Below are positions 39,969 through 53,493 of a stretch of 64,000 bases of DNA, piece by piece. This DNA comes from Octopus vulgaris (taxonomy: Eukaryota), in contig OX597836.1 of the NCBI GenBank assembly GCA_951406725.2, positions 41,292,001 to 41,356,000 of the forward strand, given 5' to 3'. The notes beneath the pieces were generated by a model. The model was not told the DNA's origin, made no database searches, and worked only from the letters and a program-made list of their open reading frames with translations. A program made the translations under genes and the position numbers. The first letter of the stretch is position 1; every line of letters starts with the position of its first letter.

Positions 39969-40374
39969 TTACTTGTTTCAGTCATTTTGACTGCGGCGAT
40001 GCTGGAGCACCGCCTTTTAGTCGAGCAAATCGACCCCGGGACTTATTCTTTGTAAGCCCAGTACTTATTCTATCGGTCTCTTTTGCCGAACCGCTAAGTG
40101 ACGGGGACGTAAACACACTAGCATCGGTTGTCAAGCAATGCTAGGGGGACAAACACAGACACACAAACACACACACGCATATATATATACATATATATAT
40201 ATACATATATACGACGGGCTTCTTTCAGTTTCCGTCTACCAAATCCACTCACAAGGCATTGGTCGGCTCGGGGCTATAGTAGAAGACACTTGCCCAAGAT
40301 GCCACGCAGTGGGACTGAACCCGGAACCATGTGGTTCGTTAGCAAGCTACTTACCACACAGCCACTCCTGCGCC
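39969..40374 (-). mobile_element. SINE family 1
   Basis: Matches the family. Confidence 0.9.
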
Positions 40375-40985
40375 TATGTGTGTATGTGTGTTTATTTTCG
40401 CAAAGTCTGTGTGTATGTATGTGTATGAGCGTGTGTCTATGTGTGTGTGTGCGTGTGTTTGTGTGCATGTGTGTGGGTTTATTTTCGTGTGTGTGTGTGT
40501 ATGTATGTGTATGAGCGTGTGTGTATGTGTGTGTGTGTGTCTGTATGTCTAGTTATTTTCGCAAAGTGAAATGTTTGCAGAAATAACCGAAAGGAGAGTG
40601 AGAAAAGAAAGGAAGGAGAGGGAGGAGCAAGTTCGAATAGAAAGCAGCGAAGTTTTACAAAGTTAATCCACCTCGTTTCTTCTTCTAAATTGATATACGT
40701 CGCATTATGTAAGATATTGAATTACTAAGCACATTAGTTCTAATCTATAAATATCGGTATACTGACCTGACCTAGCTATTATACACTTGTCAAACTCTAC
40801 ATACGTACATTCATACATACGTGCATATACATATATGTATATATATATGTGTGTGTGATATATATATATATATATATATATATAGATATATATACACACA
40901 CATATATATATATATAACATATATATATACATATATATACATATTTACATATATATATGTATATATATATATACATATATATATA

Positions 40986-41063
<78 letters not shown>

Positions 41064-41067
<4 letters not shown>

Positions 41068-41188
41068 CCTGTTCGCTTAGCCAGCGGGGTGGCGTCATTT
41101 GAAGGCCAAAACAATGCGAAGCGCATTGTGACCAGCGATGTGTAGCAACATCCGATAGCCTGGTCGGTCTCAGGGTGATCACGGTGAT
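41064..41188 (+). mobile_element. Isolated SINE family 2 tail a (or its partner LINE 3' end)
   Basis: Matches 3279-3395. Confidence 0.7.
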
Positions 41189-41273
41189 ATATACATATAC
41201 ATATATATATATATGCATACATTTATGCATACGTACAGATATACACATGCACATATATATATATAATATATAA

Positions 41274-41320
<47 letters not shown>

Positions 41321-41325
<5 letters not shown>

Positions 41326-41642
41326 TATTGAATTTATTGTTTATTGTATTTATATGTGCGTAACATTGCTTTTTCCTTCCTTGTTTTTGTATACATTCGA
41401 TGCTTTCTTCCAAGGAATCTAATGCTCTTAGCTTAGTTTTTCCTTGGGGTTGGCCAGATTGGAGCAATCTCAAGAATAATCAGCCGAAATTGCGAGGATA
41501 ATCTGGTGCTTGACTGAAGATAGAAAACTTCGAATGACCCGTTCTTGTTTTCTTTGTATCGTCTATCTGGATGTTTTGTTGTCACTTTTTGTATCACCTA
41601 GTTGTCCGGATGTTTTGCGTTCTTGCCCCATTTTGTATTTTA
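41321..41642 (+). mobile_element. TA-embedded short element family E
   Basis: Homolog of 34124-34484; (TA)n on both sides. Confidence 0.6.
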
Positions 41643-41860
41643 TATATATAGTAAGAAGAGGGGTATAATATCCAGTCAGATGGATAGGAAAGCCTACTTT
41701 TTCTGTCGAGGGCTTATATGCCCCTTTATTAGACTATTTTTCTGAGGTCATTGCATGGTGATCGTCATAAGCCTTAACCTTATATCAATACCATTATTAT
41801 TATTTACAGGATTGTAAAACAAGGCACTGTATATTAAGCTATTCGCACAGAAAGCTATTA

Positions 41861-41921
<61 letters not shown>

Positions 41922-42057
41922 TAAAGAAGAGATACCGAATTTCTCTGTCTAAAATGCCAAGACTGGTTCCTTCAGATGGTTCGTTTTATGGTAAATTTCC
42001 TTTAACTCCCATCTGATGTTACAGTTTTCCCAAACTAGACACACACACACACACTCA

Positions 42058-42118
<61 letters not shown>

Positions 42119-42223
42119 ATACACACCAATAAGTATCGATGCACTTGGGTGTGTTAATAAATGTTTATGTAACAATGCGGAAAAGATAGGATTTTATTGA
42201 AAATTGTAAAAAGTGGTCTACTA

Positions 42224-42388
42224 GACACAGGAGTGGCTGTGTGGTAAGTAGCTTGCTTACCAACCACATGGTTCCGGGTTCAGTCCCACTGCGTAGTACC
42301 TTGGGCAAGTGTCTTCTGCTATAGCCTCGGGCCGACCAAAGCCTTGTGAGTGGATTTGGTAGACGGAAACTGAAAGAAGCCCGTCGTA

Positions 42389-42435
<47 letters not shown>

Positions 42436-42634
42436 TTGTGTCCCTCTAGCATTGCTTGACAACCGATGCTGGTGTATTTATGTCCCCGTCAACTTAGCGG
42501 TTCGGCAAAAGAGACCGATAGAATAAGTACTGGGCTTACAAAGAATAAGTCCCGGGGTCGATTTGCTCGACTAAAGGCGGTGCTCCAGCATGGCCGCAGT
42601 CAAATGACTGAAACAAGTAAAAGAGTAAAAGAGT
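42224..42634 (+). mobile_element. SINE family 1
   Basis: Matches the family. Confidence 0.9.
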
Positions 42635-43089
42635 ACTAATACACTTTACAAATACAAGCTGTGAGATGAACAGTAAAAATGCGCCAGACGTTTTTTTAAA
42701 GTTCAGCAGACGACACTTAGAGCAGACGACACTTAGAGCAGACGACACTTACCTATAAAAATATGAAAGACTTGTTTATAGTTCAGCGAATAAGATTTAC
42801 TGCTTTTGTTATCGAAATTCCAGTGATGAAGCTTTATTTCGTTTCTTTATAGGAAAAATTCAAAGAATTATAATTGTACTTGGATAATCAGAGAGATGTC
42901 GTATTTTCATAATTTATGTCATAAAGATGATTGCAATACTTTAGACCTTCGTGGAATGTAAAAGATGAATGTTTGCGTAAAGGAAGAGAAAATGCACATG
43001 CATATATCTGTCTGTCCGTCTCTGTACTTGGAAGGAAGGTGTGTAGCATGTAGTCGTCGCATTGACCTTGACAGAGAAAGTTGTCATGG

Positions 43090-43265
43090 AGATAGCTTCT
43101 CAAAGTTGCTGAAAGTGTATGGAGAGGGGTGTATGAGCCGTACCCAAGTATACAAGTACTTCAGACATTTCCAAAATGGCCGAAAAATGTCGATTTTGAC
43201 GAGCATTCTGGGATACCCGCAACTAACAGAACTGAGAAAACCAACGCAGATGTGCGTGCAGCTGA
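43090..43265 (+). pseudogene. Mariner transposase N-terminal HTH remnant
   Basis: LLKVYGEGCMSRTQVYKYFRHFQNGR, then after a frameshift VDFDEHSGIPAT (compare VYG...SR..V..W...F..GR..V.D..RSGRP). Confidence 0.65.
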
Positions 43266-43269
43266 AAAG

Positions 43270-44800
43270 TTCCTTGCTTTGGTTAGGTCTTTCATGAAGA
43301 CATGAAGGGTAGGGTTAATGTTAGAGGTAAAATGTCAAAGCCTATCCCAATACAAAATGGAGTGAAACGGGGGGATATTCTGGCACCGACCCTATTTGCC
43401 ATATATTTTGCGATGGTTTTCTGTATTGCATTCAGAAACTGCAGATATGGTGTTTACATCCATTATCGAACCTCTGGCAGCATATTTAATATCAGGCGCT
43501 TTGCTGCAAAAACGAAAGTATTTACCTCTATCATAAGAGACCTTTTTTGTATGCAGATGATTGTGATCTAGTAGCGCACACAGAGATTGATATGCAACAC
43601 ATTTTGAATGCATTCTCTGATGCTTGCACTGCCTTAGGATTGACAGTCAGTCTCAAGAAAACTGCTGTCATGTACCAGCCTCCCCCTGGTAAGCAGTATA
43701 GTGTACCAAATATCTATGTGTATGGTAAACGACTTGATGTAGTTGATCAGTTTGTCTACCTGGGAAGCACTGTTAATAGATATAGTAATTTGGATGATGA
43801 AATTCCATATAGAATTAGGAAAGCAAGTGATGCTTTCGGGAGGCTAGAAAGGCGCCTCTGGAGTCAGCGAGACATATGCAGAAAGACAAAGATAAAGGTG
43901 TACAAGGCATGTGTGCTCCCTTCTCTTCTCTATGCCTGCGAGACGTGGGTCACATATCGATATCACCTTAAACAACTGGAACGTTTCCATCAGATGTGTC
44001 TCAGGCGGATCTACGGCATTAAGTGGGAGGACCGCATCAGTGATCTTGAAATATTGGAAGGCTCTCGGTGCGAAAGTATAGAAGCTCTTGTGTTAAAGCA
44101 AAGGCTCAGATGGGTTTGTCATCTGGTCAGGATGGAGGATTCAAGGATGCCAAAACAACTCTTTTATGGAGAGTTAGCTAAAGGAGAACGACCCCCACAT
44201 AAACCAAAAAAGAGGTATAAGGACTTGCTGAAGGCTTCCTTAAGAGATGCTTGCATATCTCCTGACACATGGGGGGGGGGCATAGCTATTGATCGTAGCA
44301 GGTGGAGAAAGATTGTGCACGATGGAGCAGCTACTTTTGAGAAATCTCGAGTTGCGCATGAGAAAGTAAGGAAGGATGTCAGGAAGGGCATCGCTGTTAC
44401 ACTTCCAGATGGGAAGGGTCTTCCTATGATGCTGACATGCAGTGTCTGTGCAAGATCCTGCCTCAGTAAAGCTGGACTCAAGAGTCATCTTCGTAGTCAT
44501 AAAGCGAGACAGATGAGTGACAATCTGGCCACTGGTGGTGGTGTTACACACCATACTAATCATATCTGTCAGGCATGTGGAAGAGAGTATAATTTGGCAG
44601 GAGGACTTAAACGACATGCAAAGGTACATGAGGCCCAGTTACAACTACAGCCAGCTATTACTGGTAAAGGTTTTAGCTGCCAATTCTGTACAAGACATTG
44701 TAGATCTTTAGCTGGGCTAAAAAGTCACATTCGGTCACAGCACCAGTAACAATTAATCTTCGTGCAATGGCCATACTCGATAACGAGAGGGCAACCATCA
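43270..44800 (+). mobile_element. 5'-truncated RTE-clade (BovB-like) LINE: RT plus three C-terminal C2H2 zinc fingers; one frameshift near 43545
   Basis: GVKRGDILAPTLF, YADD, FVYLGS, LLYACETW and RMPKQLFYGEL; fingers CSVC...HLRSH, CQAC...HAKVH and CQFC...HIRSQH; short 3' UTR. Confidence 0.92.
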
Positions 44801-44805
44801 TATAT

Positions 44806-45510
44806 TCATGTATGTATGAGTATGTGTATGTATGTATGCATGTATGTATGTATGTGTGTGTATGTATGTATGAATGTATGTATGTATGAATGTATGTATG
44901 TATGTATGAATGTATGTATGTATGAGTATGTGTATGTATGTATGAATGCATGTATGAATGTATGTATGAGTATGTGTATGTATGTATGTATGTATGTGTG
45001 TGTATGTATGTATGCATGTATGTATGTGTGTGTGTATGTATGTATGAATGTATGTATGTATGTATGTGTGTGTGTATGTATGTATGTATGAATGTATGTA
45101 CGTATGTATGTGTGTGTATGTATGTATGAATGTATGTATGTATGTATGTGTGTATGTATGTATGTATGTATGAATGTATGTATGTATGTATGTATGTATG
45201 TATGCATGTATGTATGTATGTATGTATGTATGAATGTGTGTACGTATGTATGTGTTTATGTATGCATGTATGTATGCATGTATGTATGCATGTATGTATG
45301 TATGTATGTATGCATGTATGTATGAATGTATGTATGTATGTATGTATGTATGTATGTATGTATGTATGTATGTATGTATGTATGTATGTATATATGTGTG
45401 TGTGTGTATGTATGTATGTATGAATGTATGTATGTATGTGTGTGTATGTATGTATGAATGAATGTATATGTATGTGTATGTGTGTATGTATGTATGCATG
45501 TATGTATGTA
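44806..45510. repeat. (TATG)n degenerate tetranucleotide array, ~700 bp
   Basis: Direct reading. Confidence 0.95.
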
Positions 45511-45539
45511 GGTATATAGTAGATACACATAGAATAGTA

Positions 45540-45760
45540 TGTAAGGTTGTGGACTCATGATCATAAGATTGCAGTTTCGATTCCGAGCAGTGCATTGTAT
45601 TCTTGAGCAAAACACTTCATTTCCAGTTACATCAGTCCACTCAGCTGGTAGACATGAGTAATTGTGAAACGGACCGTCGTCCCGTCCAGGAGGTAAGTAT
45701 ATACGCCAGGGAAACCGGGAAACCGGCCATTATAAGTCTATATGACTCGGGAAAGAGCTT
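45540..45760 (+). mobile_element. SINE family 2-related, diverged
   Basis: GTTTCGATTCC B box, TTGAGCAAAACACTT core, GAAACCGGGAAACCGGCC tail. Confidence 0.65.
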
Positions 45761-45999
45761 TATCCTGATCTATCTATCTACCTGTCTATCTCCCCTTTTT
45801 TCCTCTTTTTTCTTCTTTTTTCTTTTTTCTTTTCTTTTGTTTCTTTTCCTTTATTTTCTTCTTTTTTTTCTTTTTTCCCTTTTACGATCCCTTTTGATCG
45901 AAAACCTACGCCCCCTTTTTTTTTTCATCCCCCAAAAGAAAAGCTCTACCTTGTAATTTGTCCCATCTGTGTGCAGCCCTGTGTGGCCAATAAAGAAAC

Positions 46000-46066
<67 letters not shown>

Positions 46067-46089
46067 CTTATGCGTTATATTACACGTAT

Positions 46090-46162
<73 letters not shown>

Positions 46163-46337
46163 GTACATTCATACAAACAAATATACGCACATGCACACAT
46201 GCACAAATATATATACTTGCATTCATACATCAATATATATACATGCTTATATAAGTATATATATATATACGTACAGGCATACAGTAACACACACACATAC
46301 ATGCATAAATATATATATATATATATATGTATATATG

Positions 46338-46396
<59 letters not shown>

Positions 46397-46800
46397 CATG
46401 CATAAATATCTATGCTCAGTAATATTAAATTATATTTTCTTCTTGGTTTAGCCACTGTTTGTAAACAATCTTCATTTATAGAAATTCTGCCTTATTGCAG
46501 AGATTTACTTTAATCTCCCTTAATCTCACATAATCCCCCTTAATGAAATGTACCCTTCTAGATTCGAACTCTCACCGCAGTTATAATTACGGTCACCAAG
46601 AACTGATATTTTACCCTGAGTAAGACCCCCAGTTTTGCTTTGTACACCGTTCTTGAAGCCCCAGAAGTGTACGGTGGTACGACTCCAGTAATTTGTATCA
46701 GTGATCCGGTTTCTATTCCCGATCAAAGCATTTAATGTAAAAAACCTGGGTTACTACGACTTCCATTATTCATTATTCCTTTACCTCCTCATAGATCACA

Positions 46801-47187
46801 GTAGAGGCGCAATGGCCCAGTGGTTAGGGCAGCGGACTAGCGGTCATAGGATCGCGGTTTCGATTCCCAGACCGGGTGTTGTGAGTGTTTATTGAGCGAA
46901 AACACATAAAAGCTCCACGAGGCTTCGGCAGGGGATGGTGGTGATCCCTGCTGTACTCTTTCACCACAACTTTCTCTCACTCTTACTTCCTGTTTTTGTT
47001 GTACCTGTATTTCAAGGGGCCGGCCTTGTCACTCTCTGTGTCACGCTGAATATCACAGAGAACTACGTTAAGGGTGCACGTGTCTGTGGAGTGTTCAGCC
47101 ACTTACACGTTAATTTCACGAGCAGGCTGTTCCGTTGATTCGTATCAACCGGAACCCTCATCGTCGTAACCGACGGAGTGCTTCCAT
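46801..47187 (+). mobile_element. SINE family 2, tail b, full length
   Basis: Close match to 28927-29308. Confidence 0.85.
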
Positions 47188-47279
47188 CCATCGTTCACAA
47201 TGTCTATCGATGCATCCGTTTGCTAAAGGTCAAACTATTCTTTTTTATTCTGTTAGCAAATGGGTATACACACACACAA

Positions 47280-47696
47280 GGCGGTGAGCTGGCAGAACCG
47301 TTAGCACGCCGGGAAAAATGCTTAGCAGTATTTCGTCTGCCGCTACGTTCTGAGTTCAAATTCCACCGAGCTCGACTTTGCCTTTCATCCTTTCGGGGTT
47401 GATAAATTAAGTACCAGTTACGCACTGGGGTCGATGTAATCGACTTAATACCTATGTCTGTCCTTGTTTGTCCCCTCTGTGTTTAGCCCCTTGTGGGTAA
47501 TAAAGAAATAGGTATTTCGTCTGCCGCTACGTTCTGAGTTCAAATTCCGCTGAGGTCGACTTTGCCTTTCATCATTTCAGGGTCGATAAATTGAGTACCA
47601 GTTACGCACTGGGGTCGATATAATCGACTTAATCCGTTGTCTGTCCTTGTTTGTCCCCTCTGTGTTTAGCCCCTTGTGGGTAGTAAAGAAATAGGT
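47280..47696 (+). mobile_element. SINE family 3: one head plus a tandem second body
   Basis: GGCGGTGAGCTGGCAGAA head; body repeated from 47512. Confidence 0.85.
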
Positions 47697-47719
47697 ATAC
47701 ACACACACACAGAGACACA

Positions 47720-47791
<72 letters not shown>

Positions 47792-48055
47792 TGTATAAAT
47801 ATAATTAATAATCCTTTCTACTATATGTATAAATATAATTAATAATCCTTTCTTCTATAGGCACAAGGGGAGGGGGATAGTTGATTGCATCGACGTCAGT
47901 ACTTGATTGGTACTTAATTTATCGACACACAAAAAGGATGAAAAAAAAACAAAATCGACTCGACGGAATTTGAACTCATAACGTAGCGACGGGCGAAAGC
48001 ATGATGTCCAGCGCGCTAACGATTGTGCCAGCTCACCGCCTTGTATAAATATAAT

Positions 48056-48491
48056 CATCATCATCGTTCGACCGTAATCGAGACAATGGAATTTACTATG
48101 TTACGCCAGACTTCACGGTCCATCATAGCATTACGGAGGTACTGTCGCTGGATGCCTGTATCACTGGAGATTACATCAGGGTAGGAGAGTGTGCGTCCTC
48201 TGGTATCGCGAGCAGATGGCTTCCAGAGGAGAAGAGTAGAAATTACCTCGTTTTCAGCTCTACAACAATGTCCAGCAAACTGGACTCTTCTACCTTTCAC
48301 AAGAGATGATACAGGTGGTAGTTTTCCATATATTTGCACTTTGGTTGGATGATATGCATAAGATCTGGTCATCAAATCTGAGTAGAGATTTCAAACTTAA
48401 AATCTTCAAAGCCACAGTTGAACCAATTCTACTATATGGCTCAGAAACCTGGACGTTATCCAAGAAGCTTGAGAGGCGGTTGGATGGAACT
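48056..48491 (-). mobile_element. RTE-group LINE 3' fragment with 5' inversion and 12-bp TSD
   Basis: 48056-48352 (-) and 48347-48491 (+) both match the 9486-10400 element; TATAAATATAAT at 48044-48055 and 48492-48503. Confidence 0.88.
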
Positions 48492-48545
48492 TATAAATAT
48501 AATTATAATAACAATTATCCTTGAATGGAATTTATAAACATTTAA

Positions 48546-48685
48546 TGCATCACTACGCGCGTTTCCACAAATCGCATGTGCCTTAACAACACAGTCCATA
48601 TTCCTGTGATGATTACAGTGTAGTCCGTAGTATCCGTGGGCACCAGGTCGATCATCTTCGTAGATAAATTTCTTCAGGTGATGCA
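48546..48685 (-). ncRNA. Type I hammerhead motif with canonical core and ~105-nt helix II insert
   Basis: UGCAUCAC-CUGAAGA-[105 nt]-GAAA-CGCGCG-UA^GUGAUGCA: perfect 8-bp helix I and palindromic helix III. Confidence 0.7.
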
Positions 48686-48702
48686 ACAATAGGAGACTTC
48701 TT

Positions 48703-48892
48703 CTATTCTTTTACTTGTTTCAGTCATTTGACTGCAGCCATGCTGGAGCACCACATTTAGTCGAAGAAATCGACCCAAGGACTTATTCTTTGTAAGCCTA
48801 GGTCTCGTTTGCCGAACCGCTTAGTGACGGCGACGTAAACACACCAGCATCTGTTGTCAAGTGATGCTGTGGGGACAAATAGAGACACACAA

Positions 48893-48939
<47 letters not shown>

Positions 48940-48940
48940 C

Positions 48941-48971
<31 letters not shown>

Positions 48972-48989
48972 TGTATGTATGTGTGTATG

Positions 48990-49026
<37 letters not shown>

Positions 49027-49180
49027 GACAGGTTTCTTTCAGTTTCCGTCAACCAAATCCACTCACAAGGCTTTCGTCGGCCCGAGGCAATAGTAGAAGA
49101 CACTGGCTTAAGGTGCCACGCAGTGGAACTGAACCCAAAACCATGTGCTTGGTAAGCAAGCTACTTAACACACAGCCACA
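48703..49180 (-). mobile_element. SINE family 1
   Basis: Matches the family; head-to-head with the next copy. Confidence 0.85.
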
Positions 49181-49296
49181 AATATATTCCAAAGGTTTCC
49201 TGTAAACAAATTTAAAAGATGTATAAATATATGTGTGCGTGTGTATGTGTGTATGTGTTCGTCTGTGCGGGTGCGCACGTATATGTGTCTATGTAG

Positions 49297-49703
49297 GGCG
49301 CAGGAGTGGCTGTGTGGTAAGTAGCTTGCTAACCAACCACATGGTTCCGGGTTCAGTCCCACTGCGTGGCATCTTGGGCAAGTGTCTTCTGCTATAGCCC
49401 CGGGCCGACCAATGCCTTGTGAGTGGATTTGGTTGACGGAAACTGAAAGAAGCCTGTCGTATGTATATATATATGTGTGTGTATGTGTGTGTTTGTGTGT
49501 CTGTGTTTGTCCCCCTAGCATTGCTTGACAACCGATGCTGGTGTGTTTATGTCCCCGTAACTTAGTGGTTCGGCAAAAGAGACCGATAGAATAAGTACTG
49601 GGCTTACAAAGAATAAGTCCCGGGGCCGATTTGCTCGACTAAAAAGGCGGTGCTCCAGCATGGCCGCAGTCAAATGACTGAAACAAGTAAAAGAGTAAAA
49701 GAG
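49297..49703 (+). mobile_element. SINE family 1
   Basis: Matches the family. Confidence 0.9.
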
Positions 49704-50489
49704 AGAGAGAGTATGTAATTTTGCATGCATACATTCATATATATGAAAGCGCGTGGCGGAGTGGTTAGGTTGTTGCCCAGAACGGGCGGCGTGTTGTGTT
49801 CATGAGTAAAACATTTCATGTCATGTTACTCCAGTTCCCCTTTCGATGAGGGGAAAATGTTGGCTTGTTTGCCTAGCCAGCAGAGTAGCATAGTTCGAAG
49901 GTTAAAACGACGAAAACCGCATTGTGATCAGCGATGTGTAACAACATCTGACTGTCAGGTCGATCACGTGATCACGTGATCACACACACCATATATGCCG
50001 AAGAACACACACAAAGTTAAGGCAAGTATACGATCAAAATTTTTACTTTTTTCTTTCAGAGAAATGAAAGGAGTTAAAAGCCTTTGACCTTTCGGATATA
50101 GTTATTCTTCAGTAGAGTATGTAGAATAGAAAGAGAGGAGGAAAATGATGTAAAACAGAAAAAAATATTAAAGATATCCTGGCAAAAATACCTATGTTTA
50201 GCTGCTCGGAAACAGAGTTTTTCCTACTTGCATAAAGCTTAAGAGTTTATTTCATTTTAATTTTATACTTCCTTAGTTTTTTCGCCAGCTTTTGAACGAT
50301 TATTCAAACATTAAGCATCTAAAAAGATCTTGCATATGTTTATTGTCCCACGAAGCATCATCATAATTTATTGAACAACATAGTTTCTCGTAAATCCAAG
50401 CTCTGCTTTACTTCGACCAAAGCTGGGTGGTTTATGATCCTTTACTCCACTAAGAAAGAGTATAAAACTAAAAGTATAGTGTGGGTTAG

Positions 50490-50940
50490 TGGAGGCGCGT
50501 GGCTTAAGTGGTTAGGGTGCCAGCACCATGATCGTAAGATTGTGGCGTCGATTCCTGGAACCAAAACACTTGAGCAAAACACTTCATTTCACGTTGCTCC
50601 AGTCCACTCAGCTGGCAAAAATGAGTAACGCTGCGATGGACTGGCGTCCCGCCCAGCTGGGGAACACATACGCCATTGAAACCGGGAAACCATGAGCCTG
50701 GCTAGGCTTTAAAAGGGCGCATCTGTTTTGTGGAGACGCGTAAGATTGTGGTTTCGATTCCTGGACCGGGCGATGCGTTGTGTTCTTCAGCAAAACACTT
50801 CATTTCACGTTGCTCCAGTCCACTCAGCTGGCAAAAATGAGTAACGCTGCGATGAACTTGCGTCCCGTTCAGCTGGGGAACACATACGCCATTGAAACCG
50901 GGTCCATGAGCCTGGCTAGGCATTAAAAGGGTGCATTTAT
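50490..50940 (+). mobile_element. SINE family 2-related tandem dimer
   Basis: Body repeated at about 50534-50722 and 50739-50935. Confidence 0.75.
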
Positions 50941-51280
50941 TATAGTGTGGGTTGCCTATTTGCAGGTTTAATTGTCATATGTGTATGTGTGTGTGTGTGT
51001 GTGTAAATAAGGGTGGCAATGGAATCGTATTCTTCTGATCCGCAGAACCTTCATACTGGGATAGTGCCGTTGATTGGACTGGCACTCAGTACATACATAT
51101 ACCCACACACATAATTATATACTTACATACACAGGTACACACACACACACATGCACACACATATGTACATACATACATATATATCTATGAATGCCACCCT
51201 TATCATACCCGACAATCTCTCCTCCATACTTCGCACGATGTTGTCTTCACTCTTACTTTTGCTCTCAGTACTCAATACGT

Positions 51281-51318
<38 letters not shown>

Positions 51319-51511
51319 TTTGTCTAACGGTTTATTTTGATAACAATACATGCTTCTTTGATTTTAATAAGCGGATGTTTTCTAATTCACTTTATGAGAG
51401 GATTTAGGACCTACTTATTTTGATTAAACAACGGATAAAATTATCTGTAATTACAATAAGCGGCTTCAAATCTTTGTGTGTGAGTATGTGTCCATACATA
51501 CGTGCAAACAT

Positions 51512-51625
<114 letters not shown>

Positions 51626-51631
51626 GTACAC

Positions 51632-51669
<38 letters not shown>

Positions 51670-52410
51670 TCATATATACATACATACATACACACACACA
51701 TCTATATACGTATATGCATATGCATATATATATATTTATATCTATATATATGTATGTATGTATGCATGTATGTATATATGCTTACACTGTACACACACTC
51801 ACACATACACATCTCTATATGCATATATATATATAGATATATATTATATGCATGCACGCACGCACCCAAACACGTTACCAAAAACACACACACACGTGCA
51901 TATATGTATGTATATACATATGTATACATATATGTATATGTGTTTATATATATATGTATACACACACACACACATATATATATATACACATATATGTATG
52001 TATACACACGCTCACACACACACACACACACACACATACACACACACACATACATATTCAGAAAGAAAGACTAAGGTAAAGAAAGAGAGTTAGATAGATA
52101 GGAATTAATTGAGATTTTAATAATATTAAAGTAAGTGATTTTCTTCGAGGCATTTATAAAGTCAACTGGTGCATAAGATTGCAAACATCGATATCACGCG
52201 GTAACTCTCCTCTTTTCTCTCTCCCTCTCTTCTTCATCTCTCCTTCCTCTCTCTCTTTCGCTATCTCTCTCTCTTTCGCTATCTCTCTCTATATATATAT
52301 GTTTACATATAGGCGTGTATGTACATTTATATACATATGTATACGCACACACACATATATATATGCTTATATGTACAATGTACACAGACACACACACACA
52401 CACATATATA

Positions 52411-52429
<19 letters not shown>

Positions 52430-52441
<12 letters not shown>

Positions 52442-52518
52442 TATATATGTATTTTTTGTGTAGGTATATATATAGATGTGTGTGTATGCATGTATTATAT
52501 ATGTATTTTTTGTGTAGG

Positions 52519-52573
<55 letters not shown>

Positions 52574-52717
52574 TATATATGTATTTTTTGTGTAGGTATA
52601 TATATAGATGTGTGTGTGTGTATGTATGTATTATATAGTCATTTTTAGTGTAGGTATATATATAGATGTGTGTGTGTGTATGTGTATATATGTATTATAT
52701 ATGTATTTTTGGGTAGG

Positions 52718-52748
<31 letters not shown>

Positions 52749-52862
52749 ATGTGTGTGTGTATGTATGTATTATATATGTATTTTTTGTGTAGGTATATAT
52801 ATATATATGTGTATGTGTGTGTGTATGCATGTATTATATATGTATTTTTTGTGTAGGTATGT
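52430..52862. repeat. Minisatellite: TATGTATTATATATGTATTTTTTGTGTAGG core plus variable TA/TG, ~7 units
   Basis: Direct reading. Confidence 0.85.
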
Positions 52863-53019
52863 ATATATACATATATGTAAGCATTTATGATGCATTATAT
52901 CACGTGATCCACGCTTTGTATATTATATTTCTAAATAAATGTTTTTTTTTGCCTTCTAATGCCGTCCTGTATAGGAATACATCACAAATATACAACTTGC
53001 ATGGGCACACACACACAAA

Positions 53020-53055
<36 letters not shown>

Positions 53056-53197
53056 TACACACACGGACACATACACACAAACATACAAACATATATAAAA
53101 CATCGATGTATATGCTGTAGTTGCATGGGCGTCTATGGTGTGTGTGTGCGTGTGTGTGTGTGTGTGCGTGTGTGTGTGTATAAATATATATATATGA

Positions 53198-53260
<63 letters not shown>

Positions 53261-53439
53261 AGTATATATATATATATATATATATAGACACATATATTTA
53301 TATATCTGTATATATATATGTATATGTATATGTATACATACATACACACACATACACACACGCACATATATATATGTATATATGTGTATGTATACGTATA
53401 TATATATATATATATGTGTGTATGTATATATGTTTATAA

Positions 53440-53493
<54 letters not shown>

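Noticed and set aside
50078-50117. Minus-strand CUGAAGA...GAAA-GG-UC
   Set aside because: Helices I and II do not pair and helix III is not palindromic.
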